Position numbers and translations under genes: made by a program
Origin: Armatimonadota bacterium
Lineage (GTDB): Bacteria > Armatimonadota > UBA5829 > DSUL01
DNA: 64,000 nucleotides
NCBI GenBank assembly: GCA_025998755.1
Contig: AP024674.1
Location: 1,104,162-1,168,161 of the forward strand
Direction: 5' to 3'
The notes under the pieces: generated by a model
Seen by the model: the letters and a program-made list of their open reading frames with translations, nothing else
Told to the model about the DNA's origin: nothing
Databases searched by the model: none
Shown here: piece after piece, positions 1 to 10,999 of the stretch
How the letters are laid out: every line of letters begins with the position of its first letter
How positions within the stretch are numbered: position 1 is the stretch's first letter

Positions 1-425
1 TCGCGGCCAAGCGGCTGCGCTACACGATGGAGATCTTCGAGCCGCTTTACAACGGCGAGATGAAGAAGCACATCCAGGTGGTCAAAACGGTTCAGGAGAT
101 GCTGGGTGACATCCACGACGCGGACGTGTGGGCGGAGCAGCTCCCGGTGTTCATCGCAGAGGAGCGCGCGCGCACCCGCGAATACTGCGGCTCAGAGGCT
201 CCGGCCCGCCGCCTGCTGCCAGGGCTGGAGGCGCTCCGCGCAGACCGCCAGGCATTCCGCCAGCAACGCTACAAGGAGTTCCTGTCTTACTGGAAGGATC
301 TGGGCAGGGACGACGTCTGGGGAGCTCTCCGGACTCTGGTGCTGGAACGGGCGCAGGAGGCCGTGCGCCAGACCAGCCTTCCTGAAGCTGTTCTGGAGCT
401 GGCGCCGGACCCGGCCTCGGACTGA
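1..425 (+). CDS. CHAD domain protein, C-terminal fragment (5' end outside window)
   Basis: Frame is open from position 3. The peptide ...AKRLRYTMEIFEPLY...LGDIHDADVW matches the CHAD domain signature (KRLRY..E.F, then L..HD.DV). Stop codon at 423-425. Confidence 0.45.
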   Translation, partial: AAKRLRYTMEIFEPLYNGEMKKHIQVVKTVQEMLGDIHDADVWAEQLPVFIAEERARTREYCGSEAPARRLLPGLEALRADRQAFRQQRYKEFLSYWKDLGRDDVWGALRTLVLERAQEAVRQTSLPEAVLELAPDPASD

Positions 426-433
426 TCCCCTAC

Positions 434-1585
434 CTACCAGCGGAACTCGCGCGCAGCAGTGAGAGCGGTGTCCACAGCTTCAGGAGGCGTCCCGCTGGGA
501 AGCGGGCTGCCCGTGCTCACGATGAACGGCGCGCCGGGCCCTGAGTCCTGTATCTGCTGCCAGACGGCGGCCCGGATGCTGGAGGGATCGTTCCGGGCGA
601 GAAGCTCCTCCGAGTCCAGATTCCCCATCAGGCAGCGATCAGCGCCGAACACCTGGCGGACTTTCTTGACCGTCACGGCGAAGGTCTTACGCGGCTGCTC
701 GAATGCAAAGGCGTCGTAGTCGAGTTGCGCCTCCAGGTCCAGAATCGGGATGACATCCCCCTCGTTCCACAGAATGCATTTCAGCCCGGCCTTCCGGCAG
801 GCCTCCGCAAAGGACGCCTGATACGGTAGCGCAAAACGGCGGAACATTTCGGGGGAGATGATATCGCAGGAGGCCCAGGCATCCGCGATGAGCACCGCCT
901 CGCAGCCAGCTTCCGCCAGCTCACGCATTCTGAGCTCCTCACCTGCCCGATGGCGCTCGCAGATGTAGAGGAACAGGTCCGGGTCCGTCAGCATCATCTC
1001 CATGCTGCGCTCGAAGCCGAGTGTGTAGCAGGTGGCGATATAGCTGGTGCAATAGTTGGGGAGAACCAGGGCGCGGTCTCCCAGTTCCGTGATGAGACGC
1101 CGCAGCCCGTTCAGATAAGTCTCTCCCCAGCCCGTGAACTCCGGGACGACCCGGTCCGCATCCTCCCGCGAGTGGATGCCCCTGGCGGCCTCTATCTTCT
1201 CTTCCCTGGGCTGAAGAGCTGTCAGGCCGAGGCCGGTCTTGTTGACCAGATAATCCCGTCCGGAGTTCGGGTTGCGCACCGTCCAGTTTTCGGAGTCCTC
1301 AGAGAGAAGGACGGGATCCTCGGGACCGTATCCTCCACCGGAGTACCAGATGATGTCCGGGCGATGACGCTCGTACATCGCCATATGCGCGCGGTGGTAC
1401 ATCTCCGAGGAGCCGAGCGCAAGCTGCCATGGCTCCAGCCCCACAACCTCCCAGAGATAATCGAAGCCCCAGGTCATCACCGTGGCCGGGATACGCTCTG
1501 TGCTGCGGCCCGAAAGCGCATCCAGCACCAGACGTTTTCCCGCAGTATTCTCCTCCGAAGTGCCCGAAGCTAACCCGCTGGTCAT
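434..1585 (-). CDS. uroporphyrinogen decarboxylase (URO-D)-like family protein
   Basis: 383-aa ORF with good codon structure. Overall similarity to the URO-D / methylcobamide methyltransferase fold (…ALIPYQASFAEACRKAGLKCILWNEGDV…). Confidence 0.55.
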   Translation of the reverse strand: MTSGLASGTSEENTAGKRLVLDALSGRSTERIPATVMTWGFDYLWEVVGLEPWQLALGSSEMYHRAHMAMYERHRPDIIWYSGGGYGPEDPVLLSEDSENWTVRNPNSGRDYLVNKTGLGLTALQPREEKIEAARGIHSREDADRVVPEFTGWGETYLNGLRRLITELGDRALVLPNYCTSYIATCYTLGFERSMEMMLTDPDLFLYICERHRAGEELRMRELAEAGCEAVLIADAWASCDIISPEMFRRFALPYQASFAEACRKAGLKCILWNEGDVIPILDLEAQLDYDAFAFEQPRKTFAVTVKKVRQVFGADRCLMGNLDSEELLARNDPSSIRAAVWQQIQDSGPGAPFIVSTGSPLPSGTPPEAVDTALTAAREFRW

Positions 1586-1772
1586 ACTTTCTTCCCCTGT
1601 CCTGAGATACTGGAAAGCCTGCCTCGTCTGCGGCTCCCCGCCGGACCACCGGTATTTATACCTGAATCACGCAGAATGAGCCCAAGGCGCTTGAAAAAAA
1701 CGGGCGCAGGCATTATCGTGTTACCGGTTACATCGGCTGGCGTACCCAGCCACTCCCCCGGAGGGTGTTATT

Positions 1773-2519
1773 ATGCGCAATACAATGATCCTCGGAGCCG
1801 CGCTCTTGCTGGTTGTGGCGGGGTCCGTATCTGCCCAGATCAGCGACGACTTCGACAGCTATGCCGACCAGGCCGCCTTCAATGCGGTATGGAGCGGAAG
1901 CGCCCCGATGTCGCTGACCAACAACAACTGGGTATCCGCCCCCAACTCCATCTATCAGGGGACCGTTGCCCAGCAGAGCTACCGCCACATCGGGATGGGC
2001 ATTCCGCTGCAGCAGCTCTATTTCGGTTTCGACTTCTACGATGAGCGGGGAACCGCTTCGCTGGCCCGGACTTACGGGATGGTTTACTCCCGCGCGGGCG
2101 ACCAGTGGACCGGAGCGCTGCAGCAGATCATCGCGGTCGGAAAGTACAATACCATCGCGACGACCAAGTATAACGCCCGCATCGCGTTCGGCAGTCTGAA
2201 CTGGTTTGTGTTGGATGCGCCTGGCGCGCCGGACCGCTCGGTTGGATGGCACAAGGCCGAAGTCATCGGCGGTGTGGACCCGAACGACCCCACCAAGGCC
2301 CAGGTCAGCATCTATATCGACGGGATCCTGGGCAAGACCGTTACAGGCCTGACGAATGTCAACTTCAACTGGGTGGTGATGGGCTCCGGTCTCACGTCCA
2401 CGCACGGCATGTATTTCGACAATGTGGTGGCCCGTCCCATTCCGGAACCAGCGAGCATGGCTCTTGCAGGTGTGGGATTGGCCGGCATCCTGGGTCTGCG
2501 GAGGCGGATGAGCTCCTGA
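1773..2519 (+). CDS. PEP-CTERM sorting-domain secreted protein
   Basis: N-terminal signal peptide (MRNTMILGAALLLVVAGSVSA). C-terminal PEP motif followed by a TM segment and RRR (PEPASMALAGVGLAGILGLRRRMSS). GGAGGG RBS upstream. Confidence 0.65.
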   Translation: MRNTMILGAALLLVVAGSVSAQISDDFDSYADQAAFNAVWSGSAPMSLTNNNWVSAPNSIYQGTVAQQSYRHIGMGIPLQQLYFGFDFYDERGTASLARTYGMVYSRAGDQWTGALQQIIAVGKYNTIATTKYNARIAFGSLNWFVLDAPGAPDRSVGWHKAEVIGGVDPNDPTKAQVSIYIDGILGKTVTGLTNVNFNWVVMGSGLTSTHGMYFDNVVARPIPEPASMALAGVGLAGILGLRRRMSS

Positions 2520-2553
2520 GCCCCGCCACCGTATTTCGAGCGTGAGAAGCGAA

Positions 2554-2581
2554 GGCCGCCCTTGGGGGTGCGGCCTTTTTC
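2554..2581 (+). terminator. rho-independent terminator (GC hairpin + T5)
   Basis: ggccgcccttgggggtgcggcc followed by ttttt, directly downstream of the PEP-CTERM gene. Confidence 0.5.
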
Positions 2582-2645
2582 TCATCGGGAGATCAGGGAG
2601 CCGGATTGCCACGCGCCGCTTGCTGCCAGGTCATTCCGCTGCCCT

Positions 2646-4097
2646 TCACTGCACGGGTGGGACCTGCAGTTCCGCGCTCAGGCGCTCCATCTCCGCCATA
2701 AGAGCTTTTTGAGTGTAGGCATACCTCGGACCGCCGTAGATGTTGTGCAGTTCGTTCGGATCCCGCTGCAGATCGTACATCTCCCACTCATCAACTGTGT
2801 AGAAATGGATGAGTTTGTAGCGTCCCGTGCGGACTCCACGATGCGGGCGCACTCGGTGGGATTGCGGATACTCGTAGTAGTGGTAATACATCAAGGTCCG
2901 CCAGTCCACGGGCTGCTGTCCCCTCAGCAGGGGAATGAAGCTCCGGCCGTGCAGATCATCCGGCGGCCGCAGTCCGGCTGCATCAAGAAGCGTCGGCGCA
3001 AGATCCGTGTTCAGGACGAAGGCGCCACAACGTGTTCCGGGCTGCGCCACTCCGGGAAAACGCACGATGAGCGGGACTCGAAGCGATTGTTCATACATGA
3101 AGCGCTTGTCGTACCAGCCGTGGTCCCCCAGGAAGAACCCGTTGTCTGATGTGTAGACTACAAGCGTATTCTCCGCCAGTCCGGAGGCGTCCAGAAACTG
3201 CAGCACACGCCCGATGCTTTCGTCCACTGCAGCGATGGTGCGCAGGTAATCCTTGATGAAGCGCTGATAGTTGTAGACCTTGCGCTCGCGCCCGGAGAGA
3301 GTCGCAGGCGCGTCCCCTGCGTAGTCCGGCATATCGGCGATGCGCATGTCAGCTTGAGCAGCTGAACTGGTGCGGCTGCTGTAGTCGTCGTCGAAGGTCT
3401 CCGGCAGAGGAAGGTCCGCGCGCGCGAAGAGAGAGGTGTGCCGGGGAGCCGGCTGCCAGTTGCGGTGGGGAGCCTTGTGATGGAGCAACAGGCAGAACGG
3501 CCCATTCTTCCATTCCCGCATCTTGTGGATGGCAATGTCCGTGATGATGTCCGTGACATAACCCGCAAGCCGCTTGCGCTGGCCCATCTCGATGAGATAC
3601 GGGTTCACGTAGGCCCCCTGCCCCGGTGGGATGTTCCAGTAGTCGAAGTCCGCCGGATCCGAACGCAAGTGCCACTTGCCTACCACCGCGGTGCGATAGC
3701 CCGCCGCGCGAAGCGCACGTGGAAAGGTCCACTGTGAGGTATCGAAATCCGTGAAATTATCGCGTACCCCGTGCGTGTGGCTATACTTGCCCGTAAGGAT
3801 TGTGGCACGTGAGGGGGCGCACAGGGAGTTCGTAACGAATGCGTTCGAGAACAGCACACCCTCGCGCGCCAGGCGGTCCATAGCCGGGGTGCGGATCAAC
3901 CGTCCGCCATAGCAGCCCAGGGCGTGAGCCGCGTGGTCGTCCGCCATAATGAAGAGGATGTTCGGGCTGCGGTGGCGAGCCTGCGTGCCTCCTCCCGCCA
4001 GAGCCGCCACCCCGGCGGCCCCCATCCATTGGAGAACCATCCGGCGGCTGATACGCCCCCCTCCCGGATTGCCGTCGTGCTGCTCACTCATACCCAT
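2646..4097 (-). CDS. sulfatase (arylsulfatase / sulfatase family), Tat-secreted
   Basis: NILFIMADDH…CAPSRATILTGKY sulfatase signature. Start taken at the internal MGMSEQ because a twin-arginine signal (RISRRMVLQWMGAAGVAALAGG) follows it. The 6-frame ORF extends to 4223 but has no signal context there. Confidence 0.8.
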   Translation of the reverse strand: MGMSEQHDGNPGGGRISRRMVLQWMGAAGVAALAGGGTQARHRSPNILFIMADDHAAHALGCYGGRLIRTPAMDRLAREGVLFSNAFVTNSLCAPSRATILTGKYSHTHGVRDNFTDFDTSQWTFPRALRAAGYRTAVVGKWHLRSDPADFDYWNIPPGQGAYVNPYLIEMGQRKRLAGYVTDIITDIAIHKMREWKNGPFCLLLHHKAPHRNWQPAPRHTSLFARADLPLPETFDDDYSSRTSSAAQADMRIADMPDYAGDAPATLSGRERKVYNYQRFIKDYLRTIAAVDESIGRVLQFLDASGLAENTLVVYTSDNGFFLGDHGWYDKRFMYEQSLRVPLIVRFPGVAQPGTRCGAFVLNTDLAPTLLDAAGLRPPDDLHGRSFIPLLRGQQPVDWRTLMYYHYYEYPQSHRVRPHRGVRTGRYKLIHFYTVDEWEMYDLQRDPNELHNIYGGPRYAYTQKALMAEMERLSAELQVPPVQ

Positions 4098-4295
4098 GCG
4101 TTTAGCCGCAGAAGCGCCGAAGCCCTCCCGGCGCGGGCATTGAAGGAATCTGCGACGCTTTTCACGAAGTGTGTCATCAGCGGCGAGCCTGCAGGAGTAC
4201 CAACAGCCTATTGCAGGAGCCATCCGCCCGGCGCGAACATAAAGAGCTGGGCCCGGCCGGCCAGCCTATACAGATTGCTGAGGAGTAACGAAACC

Positions 4296-4820
4296 ATGCA
4301 GATACCCGATGATCCAAGACAGGTGCTGGAGATGGCCCTGAACAACGAGAAGCAGGGCTACAAGATCCTCACTGATGCCAGCGCGGCGTGCGACGATAAG
4401 CTCGCCAAGGCCACCTTCGAGTTCCTCGCCCGCGAGGAGCTGAAGCATATGGACATCATCAAGAAGTATGCCGAGACCGGGATCGCTGAAGCGCCTTCGA
4501 GCGCGGCGATCATTACGAAGGCGGATATAGCCAAAGGGGTCAAGGGGATATTCGAGCAGTTCGGCTGGCAGTACGAGCAGGCCGCGCACCAGGACGAAGC
4601 GCGAGAGGAGGCCTACCGCACGGCCATGGAGATGGAGCGGCACGGCCACCATTTCTATGCGCAGGCCGCCCAGAAGGCACGAGACCCGGAAGCGCGCAAG
4701 TTCTATGAGTTCCTGGCGCAGGAAGAGATCCGCCATTTCGAGATTATTCAGGACTCGCTGGATTTCCTGACCCAACCGGACGCGATGCTGGCGATGGAAG
4801 AGCGCTGGATGCAGGTCTAA
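4296..4820 (+). CDS. rubrerythrin-like ferritin-fold protein
   Basis: Two E..H-containing helix pairs (EELKHMD, EEIRHFE). AGGAG RBS 10 nt upstream of the ATG at 4296. The long upstream extension of ORF 3924..4820 is GC-rich read-through. Confidence 0.6.
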   Translation: MQIPDDPRQVLEMALNNEKQGYKILTDASAACDDKLAKATFEFLAREELKHMDIIKKYAETGIAEAPSSAAIITKADIAKGVKGIFEQFGWQYEQAAHQDEAREEAYRTAMEMERHGHHFYAQAAQKARDPEARKFYEFLAQEEIRHFEIIQDSLDFLTQPDAMLAMEERWMQV

Positions 4821-4954
4821 AAAGAAGCCGGCCAGCATCTGTATCGCAGAGAAGCCAGAGGATTTGGCGCCCGCCCGAGCGCGGGGTGTGACGGGCGAGC
4901 CCTTCAAAACCAAACCAGAGCCGCCGTCCGTGGGCGGCGATGAGGTCGTGACAG

Positions 4955-6292
4955 TTGAAGACTCTTCCGGATCTGGAATCCAGCCGAGCGCTGATCAGCC
5001 CGGCTGAGGCGATGCCGCCTGACAGACTGCGGACCCTGCAGGATGAGCGGCTACGCGCGGTCGTTCGCCGCGCCTACGAGACCGTGGAGGTCTACCGCCG
5101 TAAGTGGGACGAAGCAGGGGTCTCCCCTGAGGACATTCATGGCGTCGAGGATCTTCCCCGCCTGCCATTCATCACCAAAGACGACTTCCGGGAGGCTTAT
5201 CCCTTCGGAATGTTCAGCGCGCCGCTCTCGGAGATCGTGGAGATCCACGCATCCTCCGGGACCACCGGCAAGCCGACCGTGGTGGGCTATACCCGGGCAG
5301 ACATCGAGATCTGGGGCGAAGTGATGGGCCGCACGCTGGCGGCCGGTGGCGTGACTTCCAACGACATCGTCCAGAACTCCTACGGTTACGGACTCTTCAC
5401 GGGAGGACTGGGAGCGCACTACGGAGCCGCGCGCATCGGAGCCGCTGTGGTGCCCACCAGCGCGGGGAACACCAAGCGCCAGCTCCAGGTGATGGAGGAC
5501 TTCGGGACCACCGCCCTCTGCTGCACCCCGTCCTACGCCATCGTGCTGGGCGAGACGGGGCGCGAGATGGGCATCAACTTTGAGGCGCTGCCCCTGCGGG
5601 TGGGATTCCACGGAGCGGAACCCTGGTCCGAGAGCATGCGCCAGGAGATCGAGAAGTCTCTGTGCATCCGGGCACTGGACATCTACGGTCTATCGGAGGT
5701 CATTGGACCGGGCGTGGCCTACGAATGCCTGGCGCAGAACGGGCTGCACATCGCGGAGGATCACTTCTTCCCGGAGATCATCAATCCCACAACTCTCGAA
5801 CACGTCCCTGAGGGAGCCCACGGCGAGCTGGTCTTCACCACGCTGACCAAGACGGGGCTACCGCTCATCCGTTACCGCACGCGAGACATCACACACTTCA
5901 TCCCCGGGGAGTGCGAGTGCGGCAGGACGCTGCGGCGGATGGCGAAGGTCTCGGGACGCACGGACGACATGCTCATCATCCGCGGGGTGAACGTCTTCCC
6001 TTCCCAGATCGAGCAGGTGCTGGGCGCCGTGGAGGGCACGGAGCCGCACTACCAGCTGGTCATTGACCGCCAGCCCGGCCGGCTGGACGAAGTGGAACTC
6101 TGGGTGGAAGTGTCCGAGGACGTCATCTCCGATGAGGTCCGCCGGATGGAAGCCCTGGAGATGAAGATTCTGAAAGAGCTTGAGAGCATGCTTGGCCTGT
6201 CCATCAAGGTGCGGCTGGTGGAACCCAAGTCCATCGCGCGCAGCGAGGGGAAGGCCAAGCGGATTGTGGACAGGAGGGACCTTGGAATATGA
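4955..6292 (+). CDS. paaK: phenylacetate-CoA ligase family protein (PaaK-like adenylate-forming enzyme)
   Basis: 445 aa. PaaK N-terminus ([15 protein letters not shown]…[11 protein letters not shown]) and [12 protein letters not shown]-binding motif. Start may instead be the internal MPPDRL. Confidence 0.8.
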   Translation: MKTLPDLESSRALISPAEAMPPDRLRTLQDERLRAVVRRAYETVEVYRRKWDEAGVSPEDIHGVEDLPRLPFITKDDFREAYPFGMFSAPLSEIVEIHASSGTTGKPTVVGYTRADIEIWGEVMGRTLAAGGVTSNDIVQNSYGYGLFTGGLGAHYGAARIGAAVVPTSAGNTKRQLQVMEDFGTTALCCTPSYAIVLGETGREMGINFEALPLRVGFHGAEPWSESMRQEIEKSLCIRALDIYGLSEVIGPGVAYECLAQNGLHIAEDHFFPEIINPTTLEHVPEGAHGELVFTTLTKTGLPLIRYRTRDITHFIPGECECGRTLRRMAKVSGRTDDMLIIRGVNVFPSQIEQVLGAVEGTEPHYQLVIDRQPGRLDEVELWVEVSEDVISDEVRRMEALEMKILKELESMLGLSIKVRLVEPKSIARSEGKAKRIVDRRDLGI

Positions 6293-6720
6293 AGGTCAGC
6301 CAGATCACCGTTTTTCTGGAGAACAAGAAGGGTCGCCTGGCCGAAGTGACGGAGGCGCTGGCGCGCAGGGGTGTGAACATCCGCGCCGCCTCCATTGCCG
6401 ACACCATCGATTACGGTCTGTTGCGCCTGATCGTCAGCGATCCCGTACAGGCGCGGCAGGCGCTGGCGGAGGCGGGCTTCAGCGCCAGCGAGACCGAAGT
6501 GCTGGCGGTGGAGGTGGAGGACCGTCCGGGAGGACTGGCTTCCATCATCCGCTGCCTGGCGGACGCAGGGATCAACATCGAATACCTCTACGCCTTCGTG
6601 GGCAAGAGTGGAGAGAAAGCCATCGTGGTGCTGCGGTCAGAGGATACGGAGCGGGCACGCGAGGTGCTTCAAAAGAACAACGTGACGCTGTTGTCCGGCG
6701 AACAGGTGCACCGATTGTAG
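6289..6720 (+). CDS. ACT domain-containing protein
   Basis: 143 aa with two ACT-like halves ([19 protein letters not shown]…, [16 protein letters not shown]…). ATGA overlap with the upstream paaK stop. This ACT protein is a typical partner of PaaK paralogs. Confidence 0.75.
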   Translation: MKVSQITVFLENKKGRLAEVTEALARRGVNIRAASIADTIDYGLLRLIVSDPVQARQALAEAGFSASETEVLAVEVEDRPGGLASIIRCLADAGINIEYLYAFVGKSGEKAIVVLRSEDTERAREVLQKNNVTLLSGEQVHRL

Positions 6721-6721
6721 G

Positions 6722-8059
6722 ATGACCACACTGAATCGCCGGCTTCCCCCTTTGAAGCACCGCCTCTGGGATCCGAAGGCGGAGACGATGTCCCGTGAGG
6801 ATCTGGAGAAGCTCCAACTCGAAAGGCTTCAGGCCACGGTCCGACGGGTCTACGAACGGGTCCCGTTTTACCGCGAGAAGCTTGACGCTGCGGGCGTGAA
6901 GCCCGAGGACATCCGGAGGCTGGATGATGTCCAGAAGCTGCCCTTCACCTGCAAGGATGACTTGCGGGCCGCCTATCCGTATGGGCTTTTCGCCGCGCCC
7001 CTGAAGGATATCGTCCGCATCCACGCCTCCTCCGGGACCACAGGCCTTTCCACCGTGGTGGGTTACACCCGCAGAGACCTGCGCATCTGGTCCGACCTTG
7101 TGGCTCGACTGCTGACGGCCGGAGGCGTGACTCGCCACGATGTCGTCCATATCTCCTTCGGTTATGGCTTGTTCACCGGAGGATTCGGACTGCACCAGGG
7201 ATCGGAGCGCATCGGAGCAAGCGTCATTCCCGTCTCCAGCGGAAACACGGAGCGACAGGTCCGTCTGATGAAAGATTTCGGGGCGACGGCCCTAGTGGGG
7301 ACTCCCAGCTACGCCCTGCACATCGCGGAGACGATGTATGAGATGGGGGTGAGCCCGGATGAGCTCAGCCTGCGCGTCGGCCTCTTCGGAGCAGAACCCT
7401 CGTCTGAGACGCTCCGCCGGGAGATCGAGGCCAAGTTGCAGATCCTTGCGACGGACAACTACGGGCTCTCGGAGGTGATGGGGCCGGGTGTTTCGGGCGA
7501 ATGCCTGAACAAAAGCGGTCTGCACATAAACGAGGACCATTTCCTGGCGGAGATCATCAACCCGGAGACGGGCGAGGCCCTTCCGGAAGGCTACACCGGG
7601 GAGCTGGTTCTCACCACACTGACCAAGGAAGGGATACCGTTGCTGCGGTATCGCACGCGCGACCTGACGCGTCTGGACTCCTCGCCCTGCTCGTGCGGGC
7701 GCACGTTCCGGCGGATGGCGCGCGTGCAGGGCCGGACGGATGACATGATGATCATCCGAGGAGTGAACGTCTTCCCCTCCCAGATCGAAAACGTCCTGTT
7801 GGAGATCGAAGGGGTTGAGCCGCACTATGAGCTGGTTCTGGACCGCGTTGGAGCACTGGACACCCTGGAGATCCGGGTGGAGGTAACACCGGAGATCTTC
7901 GAAGGCCGAATGGCCGGACTGGTGGAGCTGGAAAAGAGAATCCGTCACAAAGTACAGTCGGAATGTGGAATCACTCCGACGGTATCGCTCGTGGAGCCGA
8001 AGTCCATCCAGCGAAGCCAGGGGAAAGCGAAACGAGTAATCGACAAGAGAGTGTTCTGA
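6722..8059 (+). CDS. paaK: phenylacetate-CoA ligase family protein, second paralog
   Basis: 445 aa, collinear with the first PaaK ([17 protein letters not shown]…). Starts 2 nt after the ACT gene stop. Confidence 0.8.
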   Translation: MTTLNRRLPPLKHRLWDPKAETMSREDLEKLQLERLQATVRRVYERVPFYREKLDAAGVKPEDIRRLDDVQKLPFTCKDDLRAAYPYGLFAAPLKDIVRIHASSGTTGLSTVVGYTRRDLRIWSDLVARLLTAGGVTRHDVVHISFGYGLFTGGFGLHQGSERIGASVIPVSSGNTERQVRLMKDFGATALVGTPSYALHIAETMYEMGVSPDELSLRVGLFGAEPSSETLRREIEAKLQILATDNYGLSEVMGPGVSGECLNKSGLHINEDHFLAEIINPETGEALPEGYTGELVLTTLTKEGIPLLRYRTRDLTRLDSSPCSCGRTFRRMARVQGRTDDMMIIRGVNVFPSQIENVLLEIEGVEPHYELVLDRVGALDTLEIRVEVTPEIFEGRMAGLVELEKRIRHKVQSECGITPTVSLVEPKSIQRSQGKAKRVIDKRVF

Positions 8060-8097
8060 CCGGTGCCTGAGCCAGTGCCGAACGGAGGGAAACATCA

Positions 8098-9216
8098 ATG
8101 GTGCGATTGCTGAAACGAGTGGCAGCGGGGGCGCTGCTGGGCTTGTTTCTGTTGCCGGGGGCGGCGCGCAGCGCAGAGGTCGTGTGGCACGGCTACGCGC
8201 AGCATCGTTTCTACTCGCCGCAGGGTGGCGCGGCGCGTTTCCGCGTGGACAGGGTTTCGCTGTCGGCGACCGCTCAGATAGACCCCAATACCACGGCCTA
8301 TGTGGAATGGTATTTCCACAACTACGTGGCTGCCGTTTCGGCGGCGGAGCCGTATCGCACCTATCTGGAGAGCGCTTACGCGGACTTCAAGCTGCCGGTC
8401 GGAACGCTGCGAGTGGGCAAGGGACGCCGGATGGCCTTCGCGATCACACCGTCCTATCCGGCGCGCAAGCTTTCGAACTACGGGATCTTTTCCGAGGCGT
8501 TCACTCAAGACAGGGCTCAGGGCATTCAGTATTTCGTAAACGCTCCGGACAAAGGCTATGAAGCGGGGATCGCCCTTCTCACCGGGATGCGCATCGGGAA
8601 CCGGGGCATCGGCGACGTGACTCTGGACGGCACCAACACCGTCAAGAGCCTGGCCGACCGCGACGTGCCGCATGACATCAACGAAAGCTTGCAGGTAGAC
8701 GCGAAACTCGGCCTTTTGAACAAATCCGGTGCGCGCGTGGGCATCACCGGCAGCCTTGGACATCTGGACCGGTCCGATCTGGACTTCCTGAATGGGACCG
8801 AGACAGTGGGCAGCACGACTGTGGCCCGATTTGCCGGGCCGCACACGTCCCGGACGCACAACCGGTACGGCGCGTACTTCACCTACCCCTGGAAGGACTA
8901 CATCGCGCAGGGGATGTATATCCAGGCGAAGACCAGCGACATCAAGCACGCCGGATTCGAGCTGCTGGCCGGCTACAGCCCCAAGGGGATGAAACCCAAG
9001 GCTTATGTGCGCTACGCTGGGGTGGACATAGACATCCCCGTTACCGCCAGCCAGTATACCTGGGACAAACGGCAACTGGGCCTTTCTGTGGTCAAACCAC
9101 TGAAGCCGACCGTGTGGCTGCAGTTCGAGTATGAACGCAACATGGAATCGCAACCGGCCGGGACGCCGAAGGTCAAGAACGACCTGGCATTTGTGGAGAT
9201 CTTCACCGGATTCTGA
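8098..9216 (+). CDS. putative outer-membrane beta-barrel / porin-like protein
   Basis: Signal peptide (MVRLLKRVAAGALLGLFLLPGAARSA), alternating amphipathic pattern, C-terminal aromatic residue (…FTGF). Confidence 0.45.
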   Translation: MVRLLKRVAAGALLGLFLLPGAARSAEVVWHGYAQHRFYSPQGGAARFRVDRVSLSATAQIDPNTTAYVEWYFHNYVAAVSAAEPYRTYLESAYADFKLPVGTLRVGKGRRMAFAITPSYPARKLSNYGIFSEAFTQDRAQGIQYFVNAPDKGYEAGIALLTGMRIGNRGIGDVTLDGTNTVKSLADRDVPHDINESLQVDAKLGLLNKSGARVGITGSLGHLDRSDLDFLNGTETVGSTTVARFAGPHTSRTHNRYGAYFTYPWKDYIAQGMYIQAKTSDIKHAGFELLAGYSPKGMKPKAYVRYAGVDIDIPVTASQYTWDKRQLGLSVVKPLKPTVWLQFEYERNMESQPAGTPKVKNDLAFVEIFTGF

Positions 9217-9240
9217 GGGGCCGGCAAGTCTTGACAAGCA

Positions 9241-9272
9241 GGCCCTCCCCTTGACGGGGAGGGCCTGTTTTC
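9241..9272 (+). terminator. rho-independent terminator (possibly bidirectional)
   Basis: ggccctcccc-ttgac-ggggagggcc hairpin followed by tgtttt. Lies between the convergent porin gene and the symporter gene. Confidence 0.55.
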
Positions 9273-9304
9273 CATATGCAGTCCGGCACCCGGTTTCCCA
9301 GACA

Positions 9305-10924
9305 CTACTGGCCGAATGAGGCTTGAACCTCCTCCGGCTTCATCGGCGGTGTCACGAGCGACACCAGCCAGGTGACCAGCGCGGAAACAGGAAGCGCCAC
9401 GATCAGTGAATCTACAACAGTCCACTTCGTCCCGGCGGCGATGCTCGGTTTGCCAAACAGCATCTGGGAGATGCCAAGAGCTGCGGACTCGCGTTCGTGC
9501 ACAAACAGCACCCACAGCGCCCAGACCACCAGACCAGCCACCATCCCCGCCGTCACGCCGGCCCGCGTGGCCCGCTTCCAGAACAGAGCGGCTACATAGG
9601 CCGGAAGGAAGACCGCCGCGCACATCCCGAAAAAGAGTGCCGTCGCGACGGCGATGATCCCCGGCTGCAACCGATACGCCAAAGTGATGGTGAGAACGAA
9701 ACCAAAGAAGACCCCCAGCTTGGCGATGGGCAAGGTTCGCTCCTGATGGCGCCCGCGCGCCAGCGCCTGCTGATACAGATCGCGGCCGATGGACGTGCCG
9801 ATCGCGTGGAACTGGCCGCTGAGGGTGGACATGGCCGCCGCCAGGAGCGCAAGCATGAAGAGGTAGCCGAACCACTCCGGCATTGCGTGCTGGATGTAGG
9901 TGGGAATGATCTTGTCCACGTTGGGCTTGCCTGAAGGGTCCAGCACCATGGCGAGGGCCAGCTTGCCCTCGTGCTTCATGAAATACAGGTTGCTGAGCGC
10001 CCCGACCACGTAAGCCACACCGGGGATGCACAGGATGAACAGGGATCCCGGAATAAGCGCCCGGTAAAGCTCGCGGCCACTTCGCACCGTCATGAAGCGC
10101 ACCGCCAGCTGAGGCTGGGCCAGCACCCCGATGCCAACCCCCATAATGATGGTGGTCACCACGGTGAACCAGAGCGGCGACCCGAACTCGGGCATTGCAG
10201 TCCATCCCCGGTGGCCCATCTCCGCAAGCTTGGCTGGCACCAGCGGAGCAAGCTCCGTTAGGGCTCGGTGACTGGCAAAGCCGCCCAGGTGCGCGTAGGT
10301 GGCGAAGAGCAGGATGACCATCGCCGCGAACATGATGCCGCCCTGGAAGGCATCGGTATACATGACCCCCTTCAGCCCACCGAAGAACACGTAGGAGACC
10401 ACTACGGCGGAGAATACGAACAGCGCCAGATTGAAGTCCAGATGCAGCTGGACTTCCAGGAACCGCGCTCCGCCGATCATCACACCCGCCGCATACAGGG
10501 GCATCAGCAGAGCGATGACCGCTCCTGAGAATCCCTGAATGAAGCGAGACCGGAATCGCCGCCCGAGCAGTTCCGGGAATGTGTGCGCGTCCAGCCGGGC
10601 CCCCATCCGTCGCGTGGCCCTGCCGAAGACCACGAAGGCCACGAAGATGCCGAAAAAGATGTTCAGCATCACCAGCCACAGCAGGCTCAAGCCATACATC
10701 GCCGCGACGCCGCCGAATCCCACTATGGCGGCGGTGCTGATGAACGTGCTGCCGTAGGCCAAGGCCATCAGCATGGGATGCACCTGGCGGCCTCCCACCA
10801 GGTAATCCGCTGCGCTGCGGGTCCGCCGGTATCCCAGCCACCCGAGGTAGGCGACGACCAGCACATACGCCGCCACCACAATGGACAGAACGTAGAAGTT
10901 CAATCCCCTCTCCTTCCCGCGCAA
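9305..10924 (-). CDS. sodium:solute symporter family (SSF) transporter
   Basis: 539 aa polytopic protein with SSF N-terminal pattern (…YLVGGRQVHPMLMALAYGSTFIS…). Start may be the TTG at LNFYV, preceded by AAGGAG. Confidence 0.75.
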   Translation of the reverse strand: MRGKERGLNFYVLSIVVAAYVLVVAYLGWLGYRRTRSAADYLVGGRQVHPMLMALAYGSTFISTAAIVGFGGVAAMYGLSLLWLVMLNIFFGIFVAFVVFGRATRRMGARLDAHTFPELLGRRFRSRFIQGFSGAVIALLMPLYAAGVMIGGARFLEVQLHLDFNLALFVFSAVVVSYVFFGGLKGVMYTDAFQGGIMFAAMVILLFATYAHLGGFASHRALTELAPLVPAKLAEMGHRGWTAMPEFGSPLWFTVVTTIIMGVGIGVLAQPQLAVRFMTVRSGRELYRALIPGSLFILCIPGVAYVVGALSNLYFMKHEGKLALAMVLDPSGKPNVDKIIPTYIQHAMPEWFGYLFMLALLAAAMSTLSGQFHAIGTSIGRDLYQQALARGRHQERTLPIAKLGVFFGFVLTITLAYRLQPGIIAVATALFFGMCAAVFLPAYVAALFWKRATRAGVTAGMVAGLVVWALWVLFVHERESAALGISQMLFGKPSIAAGTKWTVVDSLIVALPVSALVTWLVSLVTPPMKPEEVQASFGQ

Positions 10925-10999
10925 GCATTCGGCGCTCCCCCAGTTGACAAGAGAGCGCCGGCAGTTTTCCTAGCAGGTTATCCCGGGAGTGTCCTGGAA

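Noticed and set aside
1728-2612. 294-aa ORF antisense to the PEP-CTERM gene; likewise 950..1573, 10583..11668, 12545..13258, 19081..20217, 21065..21889, 27440..27982, 28028..29056, 31095..32162, 50738..51739, 52973..54100
   Set aside because: All are opposite-strand shadows of well-supported genes in GC-rich DNA.
3924-4295. N-terminal 124-codon extension of the rubrerythrin-like ORF (3924..4820)
   Set aside because: It overlaps the convergent sulfatase gene, lacks an RBS, and has the composition of GC-rich read-through. The ATG at 4296 has an AGGAG RBS.
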